From the IMG/VR virus record IMGVR_UViG_3300011989_000257, positions 1 through 64,000 of that record: 64,000 nt of DNA; one strand, given 5' to 3'. The stretch is from a virus. Its lineage: Duplodnaviria; Caudoviricetes. Positions within the stretch are counted from its first letter, which is position 1, and each line of letters starts with the position of its first letter. This document shows, one piece after another, positions 48,325 to 57,900 of this stretch. The notes below the pieces were generated by a model. The model was not told the origin of the DNA, made no database searches, and saw only the letters and a program-made list of their open reading frames with translations. The position numbers and the translations under genes are program-made.

Positions 48325-49326
48325 TTAGAACGGTAAGTCATCCTCATCGTCATCATCTTTGACATCATTACCATCAATTATATTTACACCACTAGATTCT
48401 GCTATGTCAGAGAAATCTTTTGTTGGCTCTGTAAGGGATTCTTCAATCCTTTGTTTCTCAGCCTCTTCCTTCACCTTGACAAGTTCTTCCTTATCAATAT
48501 ACCTGTTTTCTTCCTTGCTAAATACTGGAACTCCACCCATAGCAATGATGCTCATATACTCATATGATTTAACCGTATATACCTCATCCCATTGCTTGCT
48601 ATCATGAATCCATTTTTCACCAAGTTCAAAATCATCTGAAAGCGCTGATGGAACACCAGCATCAATAATCTGAATTGCGGTTTTATTATCTGAGGTTCTT
48701 GAAAGAGTTACAATCAAATCCAAGCCATTATTAAGGTCGAAGATACTATAGGTATTTCCCTTCTTTGCTGCCGCTTCTGAACGAATCTTTGCCAAATTCA
48801 TAATCTTGTCATATACGCCATCCTTCTTCTTGGAAGAATTGAAAAGCCAAAATTTAACACCATCTTCTTCATGGTCACGCTCGATGCAGCGAACAATCCA
48901 CATCTCCTTAACACGATTAAGGAACTCCACATCTCCATACTTCTTCTTTGTGGGTTCATCAAGTGACTTTGACTTAAGTTCACGTGCCTTTGCAGATGTC
49001 TCGCAAAATGGACACTTATCACCCATTACAGAGCCATCTTTCTTGTTGTGCGTAGGGCACACAAAAGTCTTCCACCCACTAGGTGAAACCTCTTTATTAA
49101 CCTTTACGGTATGCATGAAAACTTTCTTGAAAGGACTACCACCTTCTGGGGAGAATGGCAACAGTCTAATTGTAAGTGTTTTTGAATCTTCGTTTGACGT
49201 AAGTCTAGCTTGTAAATAATTTTTTGTGTCAAACTGAGTCTTCTTAACAGGTTGTTTCTGTTCTTGTTCATACTGATTTCTTACTGCGTCATCATCAATG
49301 TTAACGCTAAAATTCTTGTTACTCAT
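48325..49326 (-). CDS. Single-stranded DNA-binding protein (T4 gp32-like)
   Basis: IRLLP, F.H, CP...CPFC, FD...G, acidic C-terminus DDDDEDDLPF. Confidence 0.8.
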   Translation of the reverse strand: MSNKNFSVNIDDDAVRNQYEQEQKQPVKKTQFDTKNYLQARLTSNEDSKTLTIRLLPFSPEGGSPFKKVFMHTVKVNKEVSPSGWKTFVCPTHNKKDGSVMGDKCPFCETSAKARELKSKSLDEPTKKKYGDVEFLNRVKEMWIVRCIERDHEEDGVKFWLFNSSKKKDGVYDKIMNLAKIRSEAAAKKGNTYSIFDLNNGLDLIVTLSRTSDNKTAIQIIDAGVPSALSDDFELGEKWIHDSKQWDEVYTVKSYEYMSIIAMGGVPVFSKEENRYIDKEELVKVKEEAEKQRIEESLTEPTKDFSDIAESSGVNIIDGNDVKDDDDEDDLPF

Positions 49327-49388
49327 AATTTAAATTGTTTTAAAAATATTATTGATGCACACCTGAATATGTGCTTAAAAATTTATAT

Positions 49389-49422
49389 TGCAAAGATATA
49401 GAAAAAAAATGTAAAATCCAAA
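49389..49422 (-). promoter_or_regulatory. Bacteroidota sigmaA-type promoter driving SSB-tdk-recA
   Basis: TTTGG-N19-TATCTTTGCA; terminator hairpin just upstream (49425-49460). Confidence 0.8.
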
Positions 49423-49466
49423 TAAATTCCTAGTTATTTTCCTGTATTTAACTAGGAATTTATTAC

Positions 49467-49724
49467 CTAAATTTCTGTTAAGCCACCATCAATAGTTTCC
49501 AATTCATCATTGGCAGCATTAAGATATTGCCCTATTTTGGTAACATGTGGATTAGGCTCTTGTCCTAATCTAGAACACATTGTCATATGGTCTCTGATTA
49601 CTTGTAATGCATCAGACAAACTTATCTTCAATTCATATTTCAAATTGTCCAAATCATCATTGCCATATCCTATCTCATTGAGAAGCTTGTTGTATGCCTC
49701 TTCATTTAATTTAACTGTTTTCAT
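49467..49724 (-). CDS. Small protein with N-terminal tag (MKTVKLNEEAYNKLLNE)
   Basis: ORF track. Confidence 0.7.
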   Translation of the reverse strand: MKTVKLNEEAYNKLLNEIGYGNDDLDNLKYELKISLSDALQVIRDHMTMCSRLGQEPNPHVTKIGQYLNAANDELETIDGGLTEI

Positions 49725-49727
49725 GTA

Positions 49728-50594
49728 TTAAAAATTGAACAATTTATCAAGTGTCTGGACATCATCATCATCAATTTTGAAGAATGTCTTAGCAATGTCA
49801 TCAGATGGATTGTCCACGTCATCGTTGGTAATTACGTATTCTTGTGTTGTAGGCTCTGCATTGTCAGAATAAGCTTCATAACCGCCTTCCTTTGCTTTTT
49901 CAGCCCAATACTCATTTGGTTTCACATTGAAAGGATATGAATCAAGAGAGCGCAAATTAAGTTTTTCAGTCTGGGTTGGATTTCTTTTCTCAAACTCAGC
50001 CTTCAACGCTTCTATCTCACTGTTGTTGCTATCAACCTTAGACAAAAGGTTATTGATGGTATCAATCAACGATGTAATCCTATTATCAACCTTTGACAAG
50101 TCCCTACCGATACGATTCTGCTTAACATTAAGTTTATCCTCAGCTTTGGTTAATCCATCTATATCAATAGTTTCACCATCATCCTCACTCATGTCACCAT
50201 CTGCATCAGCTAGCGGGTCTTCGCCGCCCATATCGCCTCCCATTGGGTCAGCCATTGGGTCAGCACCCATAGCGTTTGGGTCTCCTCCACCCATAGGATT
50301 TGCATTAGGGTCACCTCCCATTGGGTCAGCACCCATTGCATTTGGGTCTTGAGGCATTCCACCACCCATTGCATTTGGGTCTCCTCCACCCATAGGGTCT
50401 TGTCCTCCCATTGCATTTGGGTCTTGAGGCATTCCACCACCCATAGCATTTGGGTCTTGTTGGTCTTCACCAGCCTCCTCTATTTCTTCCTCTGGAAATG
50501 AAGTTGGTATATACGCCTCACTGAGACGCATAAAATGTTTATGTGCCTCATACAGATTATTTTCCTTAAGATACTTAACGTTAGTCTTTGCCAT
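49728..50594 (-). CDS. Putative prohead core/scaffold-like protein with DPNAMGG repeats and coiled coil
   Basis: Acidic, low-complexity repeats, LxE sites near the N-terminus. Confidence 0.5.
   Translation of the reverse strand: MAKTNVKYLKENNLYEAHKHFMRLSEAYIPTSFPEEEIEEAGEDQQDPNAMGGGMPQDPNAMGGQDPMGGGDPNAMGGGMPQDPNAMGADPMGGDPNANPMGGGDPNAMGADPMADPMGGDMGGEDPLADADGDMSEDDGETIDIDGLTKAEDKLNVKQNRIGRDLSKVDNRITSLIDTINNLLSKVDSNNSEIEALKAEFEKRNPTQTEKLNLRSLDSYPFNVKPNEYWAEKAKEGGYEAYSDNAEPTTQEYVITNDDVDNPSDDIAKTFFKIDDDDVQTLDKLFNF
50215..50460 (-). repeat. Coding tandem repeats (Q/G/A)DP(NA)MGG
   Basis: CCCATTGCATTTGGGTC and related units recur several times. Confidence 0.85.
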
Positions 50595-50601
50595 TGTTAT
50601 A

Positions 50602-50847
50602 TTAATCGTTCAAAAGTTCTTTATTGTCCTCAGTTAAAATGGTCTTTGAACTTTCAGTTCTCTCTATAAGACCCTTGTCCTTTTTAACTCTCTTTACTGG
50701 AGCTGCTACTTCTGTGCCACTAAGTACACTCTGAGCCATTGCTATCTTTTCGCTTGTAGTCATAACTTGCTTATTTTCTTGAATATTATTTTCAACCTTC
50801 TTCTGAGGTTTCATATTATTTATGTGCTTTATAATAAATCTTCCCAT
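50602..50847 (-). CDS. Hypothetical protein
   Basis: ORF track; sense TATTTATA at 50866-50873. Confidence 0.7.
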   Translation of the reverse strand: MGRFIIKHINNMKPQKKVENNIQENKQVMTTSEKIAMAQSVLSGTEVAAPVKRVKKDKGLIERTESSKTILTEDNKELLND

Positions 50848-50878
50848 ACTTTACAATTTATTTACTATAAATATCTCA

Positions 50879-51286
50879 TTAGTTGAAAAATGACGATTTG
50901 TCCTCTATTTTGGTGAGATTTGATATTGAAAGTTCGCCATTTGTGATGATAATCAGTTTATCCTTATATTCATTCCAATCAACAACAAATTCATTATTCG
51001 GTAAGTCAGAACCTTTGTTTTCTTTTTCAATCAATTTATTGAGAGCATTTATGGAAAATAACGAACCATTCTTAACATGCAATACAGTTGCGCCATGAAG
51101 ATTTTTGATAAATCTATCTTTGTCAAAAGTCTTGAATGTAATTAGATATTCTCTTTTATTGGTATCTATTGAATATATAAATAATTTTTCAAGCCTAATA
51201 CCAAAATCATTCCTTAAAGTTTCAATGAATGATAATATTTTGTTTTTCTTTACAAATGTTCCTATTATTATTCCACGTTCTGCCAT
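50879..51286 (-). CDS. Hypothetical protein
   Basis: ORF track. Confidence 0.7.
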   Translation of the reverse strand: MAERGIIIGTFVKKNKILSFIETLRNDFGIRLEKLFIYSIDTNKREYLITFKTFDKDRFIKNLHGATVLHVKNGSLFSINALNKLIEKENKGSDLPNNEFVVDWNEYKDKLIIITNGELSISNLTKIEDKSSFFN

Positions 51287-51300
51287 TATTTTTCTTTCAA

Positions 51301-51888
51301 TTAACTAGAGATAAAGTATGGAAGTGCATACTTCTTATTTCCAAGTTGTTTCGATAACTTGAAGATAAATTTATTATTATCCTCAATGATATTGATTCCT
51401 TTTGATTTAATCTTGTTTAGAACCTTACTCATTGGTATACCACAATATTCCAACATGTCCAAAGACAACCCTAAAACGTTCCCCTCATGCGGAATATATA
51501 ATATATTCTTATTTAAATAAATATTTTTTAATTCTTTATTATTTAATATAATATTATAAAATTTCTTTATATTATTATATTTTAGTTTAAATATATTAAT
51601 ATAATAATAATTTATATTATTTAATATATTATTATATATAATATTATAAAATAATTTTAAATCTTCTTCAAAGTCTGAACGGCTTTCAGATTTGCTGAAA
51701 GTCCAGAATACATTATCATCAAGTTGCTTATCCAAAATAGTCGTATACCTTGAATCATTCTTCGCTTTCTTCCAACCTACGATAAGTATAGGCTTTGTGG
51801 GGTCTGCCAATGAAATATCATTAACTTGTTCCACAAAGCCATCAATATTTGCAAGTTTCCTATCAGTAACAATATAACCCAAAATCAT
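51301..51888 (-). CDS. Hypothetical protein containing an almost pure A/T tract
   Basis: Start moved to MILGY, downstream of the promoter. Confidence 0.65.
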   Translation of the reverse strand: MILGYIVTDRKLANIDGFVEQVNDISLADPTKPILIVGWKKAKNDSRYTTILDKQLDDNVFWTFSKSESRSDFEEDLKLFYNIIYNNILNNINYYYINIFKLKYNNIKKFYNIILNNKELKNIYLNKNILYIPHEGNVLGLSLDMLEYCGIPMSKVLNKIKSKGINIIEDNNKFIFKLSKQLGNKKYALPYFISS

Positions 51889-51907
51889 AACACTTTTTAT
51901 CAATTTT

Positions 51908-51941
51908 TGCAAAGATATATAAAAAATGTTAAAATTCCAAA
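51908..51941 (-). promoter_or_regulatory. Bacteroidota sigmaA-type promoter
   Basis: TTTGG-N19-TATCTTTGCA. Confidence 0.8.
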
Positions 51942-51943
51942 AA

Positions 51944-54900
51944 TTATTTATGCTTAAATAAGTGGAATTCCATTTGGCATGTACTTTTTGAACGGTAAAC
52001 ATTACAAGTGTCTTGGACAAAATCAGAAACCCAATGTGTGCCATCAAATGCACAAGTATGGAAATGTGAACCTTTCTTACTACTCTGCGGTAATGACCAC
52101 ATTGTACAAATGTCACCCCTCGATGGCTTAATGCTCCCGAAATTGAACTCTTGTTTATTGGTTGTTACTCCTGATACTGCTTCTTTAAATTCAGAGTCAT
52201 TTACTTTTAAATTTCTGCAAACATCCCAAGGATAGTTACCCCAATATTTCCTACTTCCACCAAGGGTATCTCTTAAAGCACGATTTATAACTCCAGTACA
52301 AGTTCCACAACCTCCGTAAGATTGACGTTTCTTTCCTTGCTCTTCGCATATATTTCTTTGCCAATAATGGAGATTATTCACAAACGTATTAAGTTCCCAT
52401 GATTTTGTATTAAAAGGACCATTATTTGAAACAGTATTACTGTTAGTCCAAACACTTGCGCAATCACTTATTGCAATCTCTCCAAACTTTTCAGGGTCAG
52501 ATATTCCTTGTACCAACAGTTTAAAGTTATTCTCGCCATCTGCTTTATAACGTTTGCTGAATGACTTCTTTGCATCATCACTTAAATCTTCAACCTTAAT
52601 CTTGTTATACGTTACATCTTTGTTAGGGTTGGATGCTCTAGTACCCTTGTTATATAGCCAAACCCTCTGCTGATTTGTAGGAACATCCTTTTTATCCAAT
52701 CTAACATCGACACGAACAATAGTATTAACAGCATTGTCATAAACCCAATATAATGCCTTAACGTATCTAAAATATTCTGGTGTATTCAATATACAATCGA
52801 ATACCTTTGAAAGTTTTGGATTGTTATCAGTACTTGCAGCACTAATCATCATGAGTTTATTCTTACTCTCCTTATTTGGAAAATATTCATGTTTTAATTC
52901 AAACTTCATTGATTCCGTATTCTGTGCTGTCTGGTTTATGGCACTGAAGAACGGTTCATAAATATCCTCATTCATCTTACTAATTTCATTATTATCAGTC
53001 ACGGTATTGTCGTAAGCATCATAGAATTGCCTTGCATATTTCTGTCTATCATTATTATGAGATTTATCGCTCTTTTCGTATGATAACTCAAAACTTAATG
53101 CTGCATTTTCTGGAGTTGAACACATTAGAAGTGCATCTTTCGAATAATTTGTTCCTTCATATGTAGAATAATTCTTCTTTTTATCTTTGTTCACTACTTT
53201 ATTAAGTGTATCTCTAAGGAATTGTATTTGGTAATCAACACCTTTTTCTTGTAAACGTTTTTTAACTACGGCAACCCCCAATGATGCTGCAATTTGTCTT
53301 TTTTTCTGGCCATAATCACTTGGAGTATTTTCTAGCAAACAAGTCAATTCACCATACCCATCACGCCATTGGCATAGACCACCAGATATATTGCCCTTAT
53401 CATTACCATTGACAGCAGTATAGTCAAATGTACTAGTTTCAGTCCTCATATTTCCAACTATACCAGCAGCAGCCTTCTTATATTTATCGTCTGCTGTAGC
53501 TAAGTTATCGATATTATAAATAAACTTAGCAATTTTATCCATCAATTCCTTAGCCTTTTGTTTCTCATCTCCACTGAGAGTACCATCTCCACTGAATATA
53601 GGGAACACAGCATATGGGCAGTCATTGTCAGTATTCGCCATTGCATTATTAAATGTAACGCTGTCATTTCCAATATATTGTGTGTCATCACCATCAGAAT
53701 TAATAAAGACATCCTCAACGAATCTATTACCAACTTTTGACATACGGCATCCAGTAAAGGTTGTTGTCATGTTTCCAGGTGTTATGGTATGATTAACCTT
53801 CATAATCATATAAGAGCCTCTAAACATCGGTACGTTCAATAGTACAAAGTACATCATTGGCTGTACCCATGCGCATCCCATCATCTCTACTGTACAAGTA
53901 TATGATTGGGATGTATATAGGTCGAACATGTCTTGTCCTTGAGCACCATTCTTATTTTTGTTCGTAAGCCCTCTTAGTATGGCGTGCTTTGCCTTTATAC
54001 TCTGCTCAGTTTGTATACTGTTCTTGGTGTTTACAGATACCTTCTTGAAGAAACTCTGGTACTGTTTTCCATAAGTCACACCAAATGCTGGAATGCTATA
54101 GAAATTACCACTAGCACCCCTAGTCCTTATCGATGTCGGAGAATTGAATTCATCATTGAGCATGAAACTATCATCAGCATATTCGTTACTACTTACATCT
54201 AATGCCTTTGATGGCTCGTAGGTGTATACTATCACAAAGTCTGAAGCCTTCTTGTTGTTCCCAAATGCCATTGAATATGGCAATGGCTTAAACATGTCTT
54301 CCATTGCGTCTCTTTTTGATAAGTCTATGAAATTCTGTATACATTTGAACATACATCTGTTGTCAGTGTATACGTAACTCAGTAGTGATAGCATATTAGA
54401 TGATATGTCACTATAACTCAATATTGTCTCGATTCTCTCATATATCTTCTTTGGATTCAGCAATAACTTGTCACCAATCTTGTTATAGTATGAGTCGATA
54501 AAATAGAAACGATAGTCTCCATTTCCATCAAAGAACTTCTCATATTTCCAGTCATCAAAATTAGATGTTGGAATCCATTTGTCATATATCTGTTTCAAAT
54601 AGCGATAAAGTTCCATTCTCATCTCGTCTGATGTGTTTGTTGCCTCAGCAGACCTTCTCACCATATTTCCATTCTCATCAGCCTTGTAGTCAACACCTAA
54701 TAGCATATTCAATTCATCAATAAACCCTTCCAAATAGTTTTTGAAAATACCATTGTTTTCAACCTTATAATCACTATATGACAATGGCTTTCTTTCACTA
54801 TTGACAAAATGATTGACATTTCCATTTATCATTAAAACAGGAAGCATCATCTTATTTGTCAAATCCTTAACAAAGGTAGAGTCTTGATTCAACAATGCCC

Positions 54901-57900
54901 TTCCACCATCAATTATAAACGCAACGTTTCTTCCACGATTCTTACCATTTAAGTTGGCCTTGATATTATTGAATTCATTCTTAGTCCAATCTTTGTAGTA
55001 CTTCATTAGTACCATCCTAGAATAGATGCTTATTGCATTAAGATATTTCTCTGCAATAGGTTTCAAATTATGGTGTATTTTTATATTATCGCCAATTGTT
55101 ATCTTAGAATTGATACTATTTTCATTTACTATTGTTTGCATAAGTATCGAACCTAGCTGTAAAACCAAGAACCTAGGAAGATACACAAATGTCCTAGCAC
55201 CACTATTTTTCATACATAAGACATTTTCTAAAGTATCGTAATTCAAACAATCAATGCCCATTATAAATTCTTCTGGGGTCAAACTACCATTTAACAGTAT
55301 TGTTGAGTTGTTGTCAAGTTTATTTTCTTTATTATACCCGAAAACCTCTCCCAAGAAACAACTGTTTATATATTTGCCTTTTATCTCAGAATCAAAGTAT
55401 GCGCTTAAATTTTCCTTTGAACTAGCGAACCTTTCGAAATTGCCATCGCCATCCTTCATGACTTTGCCATCTCTTCCATAAAGAGGGAAAGCATCACTAA
55501 CAGAAGCCCTAAGAACCAATGTATTGGCACTTGTATACTTATCATTCCTCTTACAGAACGATGATATCCCATCCTCTTTGAATATGCCTTTATAGTACAC
55601 ATCCATTGCATTGTCTAATGAACAAGACTGGACAATCTTATTGGATATATCACCGTATGAATCGAATGACTCAGCCATTGCTGTATTCATCATGTTTTCA
55701 ACCTTTATGAAATCATCACATATTATTAGGTTATAATGCCCATTATACTCATCAATATACGATTCAAAGGTGAACGCATCCATATCTGTTGGAACTTGTG
55801 ATAATATAACATTATGGTTTGATACATTATCCCCACTGTTTCCAAATAATTTATAGTCATTATCAATTGTTTCGAATGATATGTTCTGAACTGGGTACAT
55901 GAATGCATTTCCATCATATCCATACCTATTATCTAGATACTTGTATCTAAACAGCCAATCATTGGTCAACAATGCCTTTGGAGTTGTTCTTGATATATCA
56001 TCAACAGTGTCAAATGACCAAGGATACCTATTATTCCTATCTGTTGATGTTACCATTTTAATGATATAATCAGAATTAAATATTCCAGTATCCAATCTAA
56101 TCCAATCTCTTAGGTTATTGTTGGCTGTTGTATCAACGCTTTTATAGAAGTTATGAGCCTCACACCTTCCTAATTTATCAGCATTTCCATGCCATTCCTT
56201 TTTATTGAATTCGTTTGCAAAGAAATTTAGAGACAGTATATCAAACATACGAATTGATACGGCTCCAGCTAATTTTTCAGTGGATTCAATAACATCACTA
56301 CCATATACGTTTGAATCTAAGAAGAAATCATAGGAAGTCAACGGGTATCTTACACTACTCCTTTCAGCTCCTTGTTCCTTAGCAGTCCTATCATTCTTAG
56401 TGGTCTCAATCATTTCGTCAGTTGTGTTAATCAACTGCCTTATCAATTCAGTTCCATTAAAGAATGTTTCAACAAGGTCAACTTCTTTTAACTGGTCTTT
56501 ATCGAACTTACCAATCCATACATCTTGTTGCTTCTGTGTACCATCCTCTTCAGTAACAGTCTCAGTGACCCTTGGGAATGGAGGTATTGGAACATTTTCA
56601 TATCCTTCCTTGATGTCTGATAAATTACCATTGATACCAACCGACATTGCAATACTGCTAGGGGTTCTTGTAGAATCATTCTTTATCTCATCCGAAACAG
56701 TATGTATCATATACATAAGAGTCTCAAGGTGTGCCATCACAATCTTAGTGAAATTGGATATTGTCGGATTAAATCCCAATTCCTTTATCAGCTTTATATT
56801 TTTGTTATGTATATCCTTCTGTTTCTTCTTCTCATTATAAGACTTATTAGCATCTGCTGTAAGTTTGTCTATTCTTTTCTGTATTGCAGTATAGTCCACG
56901 TTGATATTGAAGCAATTAGTTTTCTGGTTGCTTCCATCATTATATACAGTCTTAAGCGTTTTCTGGTGTATTGCAACAGCTCCAATGTTCTGTTCGTCAT
57001 CAGTTCCAATACGATTCATTATAGCCACATCCGCTATAGATTTTGGAATTGGAGTACCATCAGCATACCCATTGAATGTGAAACTACCCCTATCGTTTTT
57101 TGTAACAAGGTTAAATAAAGGTACATTCAAATATGCTGAATAATCTTTTGATAATTTCTCCAAAGGTTCAATATTAGGGAACTTTTCATTATACTCATCT
57201 ATGAGCGCATATAGGTCATTGTTGACCTTCTTCATTTCATTTGAAAACTGGCTTGCATCTTCTGACAAGTTCTTAGCTTTGTTATCCTTTCCTATCAGAA
57301 CAATAATTCTCTCATATTCCCCACTGTTCAATTTATTAATGAAACAGTTTTCCTTGCCATACTTGCTATACACTTCCTTCTCAAGTTGCGTATACCATGC
57401 AGTATACGTGTTTTTAATGGTTTCTAGCTGTCTTCTTTCCTCGTCATGGGTATCATCCTCACGAGTAAGAGTTGTCTCGTCAGAGTTGACTTCTGAGTTT
57501 GTTAGGATGTTTTTAATTCTGTTTCTAATATCAACCAATGTAGGCATTGGGACTTTTTGGCCAAAACTATCGGTTACTGAGAATTCTAGACTAGATGTCT
57601 TTTGTTCCCAGTATTTTTGTCCTAAATAATCTGTATATGGTGCTGTTAAAAGAAGTTCAGTGGTTATATCGCTTAAGAATGAATATTTATAGCCTATAAA
57701 CCTAACAGTAACATCAAAATCTCCAGTTTCTGAATTGAAATCAGTATCGAATTTATCGCAAGTCACTTCATATGATACTGGTCTTCCATAGAACCCTTTT
57801 ACAGTTATACTGAACTTTGGATAAGGAAATTTAAAGAAACATTGGAAAAATGCTTGCGCTGCGTTTTCCTTGCTTATTTTTCCACTTGAATGTAAATCCT

